DNA from: Lama guanicoe
Lineage: Eukaryota
DNA length: 60,000 nucleotides
NCBI GenBank assembly: GCA_013239625.1
Contig: MU053934.1
Coordinates: 9,879,352 to 9,939,351, forward strand
Reading direction: 5' to 3'
Positions 35,523 through 48,760 of this stretch are shown one piece after another. Numbering within the stretch: the first letter of the stretch is position 1; each line of letters starts with the position of its first letter. The notes under the pieces were generated by a model. That model ran no database searches and had not been told where the DNA came from. It saw only the letters and a list, made by a program, of their open reading frames with translations. Position numbers and translations under genes: made by a program.

Positions 35523-37699
35523 ATCCATAGGATCATAACTCTCTGCTTTGCTATTTTTCTTTAGTAACTTTGGGTCGCTGTGACCCTCCTCTGAGAAGTC
35601 CCCAGCCCCCAGGATGTGGCAGGTGCTCCCTCTGCTCCCCTGGCTCCACTGACCACTCGGACTGGTGGCTCAGGCACCGGTCTCCCTCCCCAGCGAGAAG
35701 GTCTAGGAGGACCAGGGCTGCATGGCTGCGGAGTGAGGGATGAGAAGGAAGGAGGGCTGGCCACCACCCTGCGAAGCAGAGAAACCAAGGCACAGAGAGG
35801 TGGAGGGAGTTGCCAGGGTTACACAGCAGGCAAGACCCAGAGCCTAGATCCAGGCTGGCAAACCCAGTCTCCTCCCCAAGGGGACAGAAGGCAGGGCTCC
35901 CAAGGAGGGAGACCCTGCCCACGTGGCCCTAAGTGGTGCTCAAACCCGCAGGCTGGGCGAGGACTGGGCAGGGGGTGGGGGATGGCTCCTGCACTTCCAT
36001 CCATGGCCACGAGGCGGCGCACACTGTCAGGTTCAGAAGGCAGGACCCCACATTTGTGCAGCAAGCTCCTATACCAGGCCAGCAGGCCAGCAGGCTGGGG
36101 GTCCACGCTCTGCCGCGTCACGGGTGCCTGGCTCAATTCTGCTGAGACGCCATGTAGTCCATCAGGACCACCCTCTGCCGGGAACCCAGTCCCCCCACGG
36201 GCATTTTAAAGTCAAGGAAGTATGTGAATTATGTTTCTGGGCGTCATTTGGTCACGATTAACACTGCGTTTGCTGAGGGCCTGCTATGCGTAAGGCCATC
36301 CCCGGTACCGGAGCATAAACATGAGCAGACTTACTCAGAATACAAGGAACTCTCAGAACCCCGGCCCTGGACGGGCAGGCAGGCACTGCACATCCTGGTC
36401 CAGACCCCACTCAGAGGCCTCACACGCCCTTGGCCTCCCCTGTTGGCTGCTGCAGGCCTGCTCGGTGGAGACCACGTGCGTACAGAACACATCCTTGGCC
36501 TGGGGATGAGCATTTCATGTCTTCGCTTTGCAGACAGGAAACCAAGGCTTAGCAGCGGGTTAGGTGGTGCGTTCAATGACACACAGCCAGCAAGAGCTGG
36601 CCCAGCCGTGCCCTCCAGAGGCAAAGAGCATGTGCAGGTGGTCCCACCTGTCCCTGCCACAAGCCCTGAGTGGCAGCAGCCACAGTGTGGGGGTGGGGCT
36701 CTAGTCCCCACGGCCACCCCCATCTGTGATCTGGACAGTGGACCAGTCCGTGGCTGGGGAACAGGCTCCATAAAAGCTGCTGGTACCCTCCCTGCCCCCA
36801 CCACCTGCTTGTCACTCTGAGGTCCTCCGGTCGATACATTCTGGAAGCCTCCTGGAGCCAGAAGACTTTCTCTACCAAAAGCACCTATGGGATCCTGTGG
36901 CCCCTGCTCAAAGCCCTCCCAGGGCTCCCTGCTGCTCCTGGGATTAGCCTGAGCTCGGCGGGCTGTCCTCCTGCTCTTCCAGCTAAGCAGAACACGCGGG
37001 GCTCTCTCCCCCAGGCCTGAGTCCCTGCTCCCGCTTCCAGCCACTCAGGACCCAGGCTCCACCCCCACCCCCGTCATCCTCCCGAGGAAAGGGGCCGCTC
37101 AGTGCCAGGCGCTGCCGATTCCGGGACAGGTGACTCAGGCAAGGACCTGCACTCTGGACCTGGCAGGCCCTGGGCTTGGGGTCCCATTCTCCCAGTCCTT
37201 GTTGCCCTGGGCAGGCACCTGAGCCCCCAGTGTCCTCGTCCTCTGCGACATGGGGCTGTGTACAGGTGGAAGGAGGGCCAATGTCAGTTCCACGACCCTG
37301 GGGCTCCACTGGGAGCTGGGCGGGTCACAGAGGGCGAGGGGGGACCTGACCTCTGCAGCCCATCTTTCATTTGGCCACTGACACTCCGGCTTCTGCTTGT
37401 CAGGTGGGTCCAGACCTCTCCCCTCCAGATGCTCTTTGGGACTCTAAGGCAGGGAGACAGGCGTCTGAGGGTCCAGCCGTCCCGGGGTGTGTGCACGCTC
37501 CAGGCCACCTTCCCAGAGCCAGCACACCGGCTGGGAATTTGCCCTCCCGCACAGCCCTGCCCCAACTGCTCCCCTGTGTCCGGCTCAGCTTCAAGTACTG
37601 GGGTGGGGAGCCAGGGGTGGCCTTGCCACTCCCTCAGTGTGGCCCTGAGGGCTGGGGGCTGCCCTGAGCCCATGTCCTTGCAGCAGTCCGCAAGGTCTG

Positions 37700-38062
37700 G
37701 CGTAACCAATACCGCAGAAGGGGCAGCTTGAACAGCAGAGATTCATTTCCTCACGGTCCAGAGGCTGGAGGTCAAAGATCAAAGCGTGGGCAGGGCTGGC
37801 TCCTCCTGAGCCTCTCTCCTTGGTGTGTAGACAGCCATCTTCTCCCTGCGGCTTCACGTGGTCGCCCCTCCACGTGTGTGTCTGAGTCCAGGTCTCCCCT
37901 TCTTACCAGGACCCTGGTCCTGTGGGATTAGGTCACACTCCAATGAACTTGGCTTAACTGTCACCTCTTTAAAGGCCCTGTCACCGCATAAAGCAACATT
38001 CTGGGATATTGGGGGCTGAGTTCAACATACGAGTTTTGGGGGACAGAGTTCAGCCTGTAACA
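37700..38062 (-). mobile_element. MLT1-type (MaLR) LTR, antisense
   Basis: gtaaccaataccgcaga...tcacggtccagaggctggaggtcaaagatcaa...ttcaacatacgagttttgggggacagagttcagcctgtaaca. Confidence 0.8.
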
Positions 38063-39145
38063 GCCCTCCTGCTGAGCAGGGTGGTGTGGGTGCCTTGTAA
38101 CATCAAGTGACCCACTTCGGGGGCTGCCTGGTCTGTCTCGGTCCCCTAGGCAGGCCCAGTGCGAGCAGTGCCAGGCACAGAGTGGGCCACAGTGAATGTC
38201 TGCAGGGTGCGCTGGAAGTCAGGGACCTGAGGGCGGCTCCAGGAATCTGCTTCATCCCCTTCCCTCCTCCCTGGTTCCTCTGGCTCCTGCCTGCTCCCCC
38301 CAGGCCTGGTCTCTCATTCTAGAACATTCCTTGGACATCTGGACTGTCCCTTGCTAGGGTGGAGGGCTGTCCTTTGTGGCTGGGCGTGGTGAATAGTTCA
38401 GCCACGGCATTTGCCACCATCATGAGCAAAGAGGTTCCCTCTGGGCTTGTTGGAGATGGATTTCTGTCACCTGTGAGCAAAAAGGCCCTGACAATTACAC
38501 AGAGACTGGTCAAGATCCGGGGGCGGGGGCAGGGACACACACAAGAATAATCAGGGTCTTTCCCCAGCTGGGTTGATAGAAAAGACAAGGCCACAACCAA
38601 CAACAAGGAAATAATCACGGAGGTGGGGGCAAGGGAGGCGGGGGCAGTTCCCAGGGCCCTGGCTGGCAGGGAGGCCGGGACTTCTGCAGGCTGGTCAAGG
38701 AGGCCTTTGGGGAGCTGGGCCTTGCAGGCTGGTGGAGTTCAAGTAAAGAAGGTGGTCCTGGGAAGATGTGGCACGAAAAGTAGCCCAGGCCAGGATGCAG
38801 AGGAACCAGTGGGGTCTGGTAGCTGGCCCAGTCCTGGCAGGGGAGCCGGGCACAAATGCAACGCAGACCACCCAACAGAGCTCTCACCCCAGGGAAGAGA
38901 CAGTCCTGTCAACAGCTCGCCCTGGTAGCGCTGCTGCCCCTGAAAGAGACCCCACATTTGTGCATTACCTCCCTTAATCTGAAGTCACTTGTTCCCCCAA
39001 TTCTGCAGCCAGGAAACTGAGGCACAGAGAGGTACAGCCTCTTTCTTGGAACTCACCTGAATGCTTGCCTCTAACCCAGGCCCATCAAGGCTACGTTCCC
39101 AGCGTGGAACTCTGGGGGAGGACAAAAGAGGGGCCCCAAGTCTTG

Positions 39146-39610
39146 TGTGGACAAAGAGTGTCACCTGCCATCTCAGTACACAAAGGATGTTGCGGCCATC
39201 AAGCCATCAGCCACTGCAGCCGCCCTGATGGTGCACCCGAGGGGGTTCAGGATGCAGAAGAGCAGGACACTGGCCCTAGAGAGGCCGCACATCAAAGGGA
39301 TGGTTTCAATGAGCCCAGAATCTTGCATCTTCCCGTACATAGCAAAGTACTAAAATCATTAACTTGAGATGCCTGGGGTGTGTGTGTGTGTGTGTGTGTG
39401 AGATTAACAGCGATCTTTTGTTGTTCAACTTCAAGTTGTGCTTTGTTTTGTTTTTCTAGCACAAACTCCTGGCTCCTCCCTCACCTCTTTGGAACAGGCC
39501 CTCAGAGTGATCTGAGAGGCTGTATCCCAGGCTAAAGTTCTCAGTAAGTCTGCTGAATAAAACGTAATTCTCAACTTTTAGGTTGTACAATTCTTTCCCC
39601 CCAGTGGACA
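39146..39610 (+). mobile_element. ERV1-type solo LTR with an internal (GT)n
   Basis: Termini tgtggacaaag...cagtggaca, 4-bp flanking repeat cttg/cctg, AATAAA at 39556 and (GT)n at about 39378-39400. Confidence 0.72.
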
Positions 39611-40956
39611 CCTGCCCCCAGGGACTGCTTCAGGGGTACTTGAGCTGGGAGCCCTGAGGACTGAGAGGAAGTTGCTCAGGGTAGTGGGGTGGGGCTGGGG
39701 GTTGCGCAATTCTGGATTCCTGGAGGTGCCTGTAGGACTCTCAGGGTCACTGGGTTTGGGGCAGAGCAGGGAAGCTGGGTTGAAGACATGTGTGGCAGAT
39801 GGGAGCATCAGGGGCAGAGCCCAGAGGACCCAGGAGGTTAGGAGTGGCTGAGAAGGGCAGCCTTTGAGTGGGCAAAGACAGCCTTCCAAGTTCTTTGCAT
39901 TTCTCTATCCTCCCACCCCAACCCCCAGCAGCCATCTTCCCGGTCAGACCTGGGTGGGGAGCTCATAGTGGGCCCCCCAACTCAGGATGAGGACCTGGGG
40001 TTTTGTTGTGTGGTTTCCTCAACCAGTGAACTAGACAGATTCTGGTCCTGGAGCCAAGGAGTGGGCAGGGTTCTCCTGGGGTTGGGGGTGCCCAGACTCA
40101 GGGCAGGTGGGCTTAAAGCAGGCTCCCTCTACTAATGCTGTGCCTGGAGAGATACAGGAGTAGGGAAGGGCTCCCTTAAATGTCGAAGGTGAGATTTAGG
40201 GAAAGTGGGACGAGCCTAGAGGTCCATATCCTGAGGACAGGGACTGCCCCTAGGCATGGGGTCAGCCCCTGCTAGGTACTGGGAGTCTAGAGAGAGTGTG
40301 TGCCCCTCCCCTCCCCGTGCAGACTCCAGGTTCCCCCGTGGGTGGGCGGAACAGAAACATCAGGGGCAAGGTGCTTCCCTATGGCAACGTGGTCGCCTGT
40401 GGTAGCCAAGTGTTTGACCCCAAGTCCAAACCACAGCGGAGGCGGGGGAGGGGATCGTCCCAGTGCGGGCGCCCATGGGGTCTCCGGCGGTTGGAAACAA
40501 AGTGACAGCAACATGCGTGCTTGTGCGTGGCCGTGCCCGAGGCATCCGCCCCGAGAGGCGCGGGACCGTGTGGCCATAGGCGCCATCGGAGGGGACGAGC
40601 CGCTGCGCGTGCGCGTGGGTGCAGATGGCGGGGACGCACGTGGGCCACCCAAACAAAGGTGGCGCCGCGTGACCGAGCTCGAGTTCGTTCTCGCGCGCGA
40701 ACCCGCCACGGCAGGCGCGCCCCCGCGGGCCTCGGGCCGGTCGCATCAGGAGAAGCGGGGGGAGCGGAGGAGGCGCGAGGGGGGCGCGGCCCCTTTAAGG
40801 CGCGGCGTGGGGCGTGGCGTGGCGACGCGGGGCTTGCCAGCTCAGGTCATGGGGCGTGGTGTTGGGCGGGGCGGGGCGGCTCGGGCCGTGGGGCGGTGCG
40901 TGGGGCGCGGTGCGTGGGGCGGGGCGGAGCGCGTGAGGGGCGGGGCGGCGGCTGCG

Positions 40957-41011
40957 NNNNNNNNNNNNNNNNNNNNNNNNNNNNNNNNNNNNNNNNNNNN
41001 NNNNNNNNNNN
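40957..41011. other. Assembly gap (N-run) in the second CpG island
   Basis: Run of N. Confidence 0.99.
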
Positions 41012-41161
41012 TCGTGGCCCGGACCCGCGGGGCCGCCTCCTCCGGGCTCCCCGGCCCCGCTGGGCTCCCGGGCGGGCGGCAGGTGCAGCGCGGCCGGGCG
41101 GCTGGCGAGGCGGGCGACGCGGCGGCGAGTGGATGAGAGGTGGCCCCGATCTCCGTGCAGG
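41012..41161 (+). other. GRAMD4: Candidate first exon (probably alternative exon 1 of GRAMD4) ending in CAGG|GTAAGC, with a possible short coding start MRGGPDLRA(G) from ATG 41133
   Basis: Near-consensus donor GTAAGC at 41162 inside a CpG island, with an ATG at 41133 that is 29 nt upstream of the donor. The 5' end is hidden by the N-gap at 40957-41011. No GRAMD4 coding exon is recognisable in the window. Confidence 0.5.
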
Positions 41162-44100
41162 GTAAGCGGCGTGCGCGCGCGGGCGCCCACTCGGACCTCG
41201 GCGGACATACGGACATGCTCCCGACACTGGCGTGCAGGGCCGCGCGACCCGGTGCTCTCGGCCACGCTCACCCCGCGCCCGGAGCCAGCGGCCCTCTGAA
41301 CAGGGCCCTGCGCGGGCGCGCCCCGCATACACGCCCCCGGGTCCCGCGCGAGCAGGAGCGCGCGTCACGGCCACCCCCCGCGCTCGCCGCGGCCGCGGCA
41401 TCTCCTGGTCCGCGTTGTGCCAGGCAGGCCAGGGAGAGGGGGACGTCCCGTGGGCGCCAGGCCTGAGATGGGGTGGTGGTGGGCGGGGCCGGGGGGGTCA
41501 CTGTGGCCAGGCGGTGTGGCACGGCCTGGTGGATGCGGCGAATGTCTTTTCCCCGACTCAGTGCTTGGGGACACAGGAGAGGAAGAGGGAGCCCCTGGCC
41601 CCTGCGACCCCAGAAACAACCCTGCCAGAAAGTTGTGGGCGCCCCCCCCCAGCCCCCTCTTTTTGCCCTGTCTCTTTTTCCTTTGGGACTCTGACCTGGG
41701 GGGACTCAGCGGGGGGCCCAGACCCAGCTGAGGCAGGCAGGCAAGGAGGAGAGTTGTGCAGCCACCCCTAGCCTGGGACCCCCACCTGCCCAGAGCAGGC
41801 CCTGCACTCCTGTCCAGGCCTACCACCAGGGGAGGGAGGGGAGTCAGAGCCGGGTGGGCTGGTGCACCTGCCCTGGCTGGATGCTCTGTAGCAGCAGCTT
41901 CCCCTAGCCAGGGCCATAGACATAGGGGGGTACCCCAAATCTGAGTCCACCCTTGGAGCTGTTGCCAGCCCTACATTTCCTGAGGCAGGGAAGGTTCTGT
42001 TCCTGTGACGCCTTTTGCAGGAGCGGGTTCCCTTTCTTGCCCTCCTAGTGCAGGTTGGGGAGGAAATACAGAGTTCTGAGCATCTCCCACACATAACAAT
42101 GGAGGCTTCTGAGCCCCAGCCCCTGTGGCAGGGCAGCCCAGCCCTGGCCTGGACCTGGCAGGGTGGGCAAGGCTGTATGTAGTTAAGAGGGAAATTCAGA
42201 GTCTTGCCTCTGTCAGTGTCTGCTCTGTGACCTTGGGCAAGAAGACTCTGAGCCTTCCCATGCCTCAGTTTCCCCAGCAGTCACCGGGGAGGGGGGCTGA
42301 CAGGATGAGAAGATGCCCGCCATTCAGCTGAGCACACCCAAGGCAGAGGTCTGAACACCCTGGAGGGGCCAGCAGTGCCCTTTGCCCCCTGGGTGGCTGT
42401 TGTTTCCAACAGGTCCCAGGCCCATCTGGGGATGCAGTCCTGCTGGGTGAGTGTTCCAGTTGTGGCCCTGTCCCCTGCTGGGATGAGGCCACATCCCACA
42501 ATGTCAGCCAGGACACCTCAGATCAGGGACTTCGTTAACCCTGCCCCTCCTTCCTGCTGCAGACCCCTCTGAAAACTCCCTGCCTGGCTCAGGTGAGGGG
42601 CCTGGCCTGCCTCCTACTGCCTTGGTCACGATGTCGATCTTTTTGCAGCACTGTGTGGTCATGGGGCAGAGACCTTAAACCCGCATAGTCTGGACAGTGC
42701 TGGACTCGTGTGGGTGGCGCTGCCAGCTTGGTCCTGAGGCCTGGGAGGTAGGGTTCCTTGGGGCCTCTGGACAGGTGCCACCCCTCCTCTGTCCTTTTCT
42801 CCCCGGGGCTGTCTTGGCTGATGGGGTGTGGCCATCCCAGAGGTGGGGCTGGGGGTGGGCAGGGCCTGTCCGTGTGATGTCTGTTGCCTGCACTCGGGAA
42901 AGGCATTTCCTGGAAACTGCACAGGAATGTCTCAAAGTGTGGTTTGCTTGGTCCGGGGCCTGTGTCTTACCCCAAGGGGGGCGGGCCCGACCCTTCACAG
43001 GGAAGAACCTGGTGGTCTCTCCAAGCCGCCAGCCTGTGAGGCCCTCCTCTTATCTGTCCAGCTGGAGTGGGTGTCAGGAAACCGACCGCCACCAGCTCGG
43101 TGTGACCTCTACTTCCCCCGCTCTCCCTGGGCCTCACCTCCACCAGCTGGAGACTAGGGGAGTCAGGCCCGTTTTTCCTGAATCACCGTTTTTGCTGTGT
43201 GATGGAACGGAATCCTGGTTCAGGCACAGTGCAGACAGTGTTACTAGATTCTAGGGAGGGTGCTGTTGCCGGGGAGGCTTTGAGCCTGAAGCCCTTTCTC
43301 TCTGTAACAGAGTATCTGAGTGATGTTACAGATGTGATGGATATGCCCACACCCAGTCTACGCCGCCCAGGAATCTGTGTCATGAGAGAACTGAAGGGCT
43401 CTCCTGATGCTTCCACGGTGTGACCCACGTCAGTGGTTGTGCCATGGGGTACCCTGTCAATTCTGGGGGTCCAGGAGACCCCTTCCAGCTTCCCAAGCTT
43501 CGCAGTTTGGGAGTTCCCTTCCCAAAGTGGGTGTACTTGAGGTTTGTGTGGGAGTGGGGCTCCCATCCTGGAGTGGCGAGGCTCCAGCTGGGTCCTCATT
43601 TCTGGTGGCCACACCCTCTGGAGGACCCTGGCACCTTGTCTCTGATGTGTGTTGGGATGGGAGGCCCCTGTCTAGTGGTGGTGCTGGGGACTTAATGAGC
43701 CTGTAAGCAGCTCAGGCCAGTGGAAGGTGTGTGGCAGCCGGGAAGGAAGACCCTGGTGTGGGCCGTGAGGCCTGCTCGCCCCCTTTCCTGCTGCACCTGC
43801 TGTCAGGAGTCAAGGAGACCATTTTTGTCAAAAGCCAAGCACACACTTGCTCCCCAGTGCAGGCTGTGGACAGTGCTGGGGTGTGTAGCAGAGCATCCCT
43901 GCCCTTAAAGGATTTAAACATGACTTGGGGGAAATGAGGTGTGGGCTGAGAAAGTGAGTAATAGGAGGAACACGAATGCACTTGCGGGGGAAGCAGCTCC
44001 TGTTCGCTTTGCCCAGACATGGGCGTCTGTCTGCGGGAAGCTGCCAGACCTGGGTGTGACCACCAAGTGGCACTCGGAGGGCCTTTGGCTGGGGGACCTG

Positions 44101-45069
44101 AGAGCCAGCTGGGGGTGTTTAGGCACTGCAGAGCGTTCAGGTCTGACTTCTCCTTCGCTTTGGGTGGCAGAGCTGTAGGGGCTCTCGCTGGGTCTCTTTC
44201 CCAGGCAGAAGCTAGAAAGCACCCTTTTGTGAAGGGGATAAGAGTTCAGGTGCTGGCTGGGGGGCCAGGGAAGAGGCCTGGGTCCCTGAAGGTCACGGTC
44301 ACTTTGTGAACAGAGTGGTTAAGGCACAGCCAGCCTTGGGTGGGGGCAGCCTGGCCACCTGCTTGGAGCTGGCTGCTGACGGAGAAAGGTAATCGGTTAA
44401 CTTGAGAATTTAAAGGCAAGTTGTTTGTTGGACTGCTCGTAGATTGAGATGGAGGGAGAAAGTGAAGATTTCCCCTAATTAGAGCAAACTTTGTTCCTTG
44501 TGCCTCTGGTGTCTGCGTGTGGCCAGCACGGAGGGGCGGGGCGGGGACTTTGGACCGTAATTCACCACTAATGACTGTCGCCATCGAAGGGCTGTTGTTA
44601 AGATTGGCATTTGAGTTACAGCCAAGGCTGTGATTATGTTTAAGCCCTGTGATTAAAGTCCCCTGTGGTTACACTGGCAGAGAGGAAGTACTGGTCTGTC
44701 AAAAAAAATTAATAATAGTAATAGAAACCACTCAGTGTCGTGTCAGACGTTGTGCTAAATGCTTCTCACGTGTTGTCACATGTGGTCCCCACAACGTCCA
44801 CGGTCACCCATTCTGCAGATGCAGAAGCCAGTGGAGAGGCGGGCGGCTTGCCTCAGTCCCTTAGTTACGTGCAGAGCTGGGATCAGAACTCGGGTTGTTT
44901 GGCTCCAGAGGCTGCGCTTTCAGCCTCACTGCCTCTTTGATAATCAGTGAAATTTCTAGGCATTTGTGAAAGAAACAAACTAAGTAAATTCAAAGTCATG
45001 ACAAGAAGCCTCTTTGCCGTCAAATATGCACCGATAGCAGGAGCGCCTCTTTCACCGGGCCTGACGGCG

Positions 45070-45230
45070 CCCTAAGCACTCTGTGTGATTGATTCTCATA
45101 ACAACTGGCGGTAGGTACTATTATTAGCTCCATCTCACAGATGAGGAGGCCCCGGCACAGAGAAATTAAGTAACTTCCCTGCGGCCACAAGCTGGGGAGT
45201 GGCAGGTCTGGGTTTGAATGCTGTGTTCTC
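45070..45230. mobile_element. MIR SINE fragment
   Basis: attctcataacaac...gtaggtactattattagctccatctcacagatgagga...ggcacagagaaattaagtaactt. Confidence 0.8.
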
Positions 45231-46404
45231 CCTTCCTAACCTGGGTACCGTGTGCAGGGGGGCGAAGTGGTCTGTTGCTGTGTGTTCCTGGGCAAGACGC
45301 TTAACCTCTCTGGGCCTCAGTTTGGTCAGCAGGAAACAGGGGTCTTAGTGTGGAATACAGAAACCAGAGGCCTGAGGGCTGGCCCTAGCCCAAGCTGGCC
45401 GAGTCTGCATCACCTCCCACAGGAAGGCCCTGGGTGGGGCAGCTCAGCCACAGCTTCACCCCCCGGAGGAGAGTCATGGTGACAGTGCCAGTGCACCCCC
45501 TCCCCTGCTGGTTGCCTGGGACTGCAGGCTCTGGCTCTCCTCGGAGCTCAGACCACACCCGGGGAGACAGACACCTGACACCGGGCACTGCGTTGCTGGC
45601 TTTGTGACGTGGGGGCCCTCAGAAAGCACTGCTCTGCCCCTCGGGAGTCGGGGGGAAGGGCGGCCCTGCCCAGAACCTCTCTATGCCGCCACACCCGCTG
45701 TGGCTGGGAGAATCAAGTACGCTTGCGCCATCCACGGGCACAGTGGTCGGGGGCGCCTCTCCTGTGGTCGGGTCCCCAGACCCATTGGTGGAAAGTGCTG
45801 CTGCCTCTAGCCCTTCCCCCGTGGGCGGGGGGGTGTGCAGCACAAGGAGGTAGGAGTCCCTCCCCAGGCCTCCAGCATGGCGTCAGGGGTGGGGCACACT
45901 TGACCCCCGCCCGAGCCTGAGGCACCCTCCCAGGTAGGAGCAGCCACTGCCTGCCCTCACCCTCCCCTCCCTCTCCTCTCCCTCTTCACCCCCTTCTGCT
46001 GGTGGTGCCTGCAGGGCTCTCTGGGATGGCAGACCCTCATGTCTGACCCCTCTCTGCTCTGTTCCCCTTTCCTGGGAGGCCTCCCCAAAGCACCCCATTT
46101 GTGGAGGTCCCCCGCACTTGCTGCTCACCCCCCTCGCCTCGTTCTCTCTGCAGTGGTTGTCCTCCCTGGGGCCGGGGCTCTCTCCCATCACGTCGTGTCC
46201 CGAGCAGCCCAGAGCAGGAGTGAATGGAGGCATTTCCTGGAGGGCACGGCCTTGCTCTACCCAGTGGGGTCACTCTGCGGCCTGGCCTCCAGGGTCCAGC
46301 GGCTTCAGGTCCTGGGAGCTTGGCTGTGGGGAGCCCACCCACAGCTGAGCCGGCTGGGGACTGGGGGCGGGGAAGCCTGGGCAGTGAGAGAGGGGTGCGT
46401 TGGT

Positions 46405-46700
46405 TTTTTTAAACATCTTTATAGAGGTACAGTTCACACACCGTGCAATCCACCCATTGAAAGTGCGATTCACTGGCTTTCAGCATATCCACAGAATTGT
46501 GCAACCCTCACCACAGTCTAATTTTAGAACACTTTCCTCAGCCCCTTGAGCAGTCACTCATTCCCTCTTTCCCTCCAGCCCCCGGCAACCGCTAATCTGC
46601 TTTCCGTCTCCCTGGACTGGACCTTTCCTATCGGGGGGATCACACGCGCTGTGGTCGCATGGCCCTGTCTCCCTCACTTAGCCTGATGCATTTTTAATCC
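46405..46700 (-). mobile_element. Old L1M 3' fragment
   Basis: ctttatagaggtacagttcacac...cagaattgtgcaaccctcaccacagtctaattttagaacactttc...ggcaaccgctaatctgctttcc. Confidence 0.72.
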
Positions 46701-47409
46701 GCGGGGCAGTGTGTAGCGGCAGAACTGTGCCCAGACCTCTTCTGAAACATGGCGTCTCTTCCCCAGCACCAGGTGGCCCTGGCCCACCTCTCTCACGAGT
46801 CTTGGTGGACTTGCCTTGCCTCACGGGCCCCCCGGGGTCAGAGTTCATAGCAGCCCCTCTGTTGCTCCTGCCGTCTGAGAACTCTCCCTGCTTACCCGCT
46901 CTGCGCAGGCTCCAGGAGCTGTTCCATGTGACTCATCTCATTTTCAGCGGCCTTTGGCACACTTAACCATTTATGTGAGCTGCACTCAAGTCACCTCCTC
47001 CAGGAAGCCTCCTTGGCCTTCCCATGCCTCCTTGTGCCTATTGTCTGTGTATGGTCCTCTGTTTGCCTGCCTGCCGCAGGAGCCCAGCTTTTCATTTGAC
47101 ACTGCCTGGTCTTGTTGGAGACAGTCTCTGGGGATGAATGATTGCAGATGGTGGCGGGCGTGTTTGTGAGGGGATGGGCCCCGTGGGCTCTCTCACTGCC
47201 CCGCTACTCCTTGATTATCCTTCTGTTATCGTGTGGTCACTTGGCTTTGAAACTCTGCTGTCTGTCCTCCAGAGCGCCTCCCAGGCAGCCTGGGTCTGGC
47301 CGTGGGCCTCCTGGAGCTCCAGGTAGAGCTGCTGTGTGAGCCTGGCCCGGACCGCCCGCCCTGCCCACCCCTCCTGCCCCGCCCACCCCGCACTGGGTGG
47401 CAGGCTGCG

Positions 47410-48760
47410 TTTTTATTTTTATTTTTTTTATTTCACAGTAGACCATATATTTTAGAACAGTTTTAGGTGTACAGAAAAATTTCAAAGATAACAGAGTTCC
47501 CATATACCTGCCCTCCCCACCCTCCAGTTTCTCCTGTTACCATCTTACTTTGTTTAGTGTGGAACATTGTTATAATTAATTAATAGACCAACACTGATAC
47601 GTTACTCACCGAAGTCTGTAGTTTATCCAGATTTCCTGAGTTTTTACCTAATGTCCTTCTACCCCAGGACCCCGTCCAGGACCCCACATTACATTTAGTG
47701 GTCATGTCACCTTCGGCTCCTCTGGACTAGGACAGCTTCTCAGACTTTTCTTGTTGATGACCTGACAGGCTTGAGGAGTATTAGGTTCATTGTAGGTCCC
47801 TCTTCGCTAGAGTTTGGACAGTTGGAAATCCTGTTGGAATCTGGATGTTTTTCTTGGGGTTAGACTGGGGTCGTGGGTTTTGAGAGGAAAGCCACAGCGG
47901 TGAAGTGCCCCCGCCACATCACGTCGCATCGGGACAACACCATCACGTGACTGGTCGCCGTGATGTGGGCCTTGTCCCCTGGCTGGTGTGAGCTTACTCT
48001 CCCTCTGTCCACGGTGCCCTCCCTGCAGGGAAGTCATAATGTGCAGCCCACACGTAAGGGGTGTGAGGGTGGAGAGACTGCATGAATGATCTGGAATCTT
48101 CTCAATGGGAGACTTGTCTCTTCTCCCACATTTATCAATTTACTCAGCCTTTTTTTTAATGTCAGCATAAATCCACGTCTACTTATTTTATACCTTGGGT
48201 TACAGTGTAATTCCACTCTATTTATTTTGTTGGTCAGATTGTTCCAGCTTTGGCCACGGGGAGCTGTCAGGTGGCTCCTCGGGTCTGTTGACCATCACGG
48301 GGGGTGAAGTGAGCATGTCCTTGCTGGCCCGACTGGTGCTCCAGGCGCATCTTGCGTGATTCCTGTCCCAGCCCTAGAATCAGCCAGTTCTCTCAGGAGC
48401 CTGGCTCCTTTTACTGGAGAATGGTTTTAGAAACCAAGATCTGGGCACTGGGGGTGCTTGCTGCTGCTGGGGTTTCTTTGCTCTGGGCCCTCTCAGCTGG
48501 CAGAACGGAAAATGTGCCCGCCATCTGTGGATGTGCACGCATCTGTGACTGTTTCTGTGGCGGCCACCCGTATGTAGTAAATGAGATGTGGGTTCATCCT
48601 GAAGGTGTAACCTGCAGTCTGGTCGTTACTGTGTGGATCCTTCTCCCTGGCTGATCAGTCAGTCTCTAGTCCCGCAGTGGGGAACCCGGCTCCCCGCCGT
48701 TTGCCATCTGTGTACGTGATTGTTTGGGTCCAGTCTACCTGCAGAGCGGGGTCGGACTGT
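47410..48760 (-). mobile_element. Old L1M (L1MC/MD-like) 3' UTR fragment
   Basis: ttttagaacagttttaggtgtacagaaaaatt...gagttcccatatacc...ccctagaatcagccagttctctcaggagcctggctccttttactggagaatggttttagaaaccaagatctgggcactggg. Confidence 0.72.

Larger units (their letters stand above)
40400..41520 (+). promoter_or_regulatory. CpG island promoter of a + strand gene, probably the upstream GRAMD4 promoter
   Basis: CpG-dense with multiple GGGCGG boxes (40864-40950), an NRF1-like TGCGCGTGCGCG near 40604 and CCTTTAAGG near 40792. It is followed by a strong splice donor. Gene identity rests only on recalled CELSR1-GRAMD4 head-to-head synteny. Confidence 0.75.
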
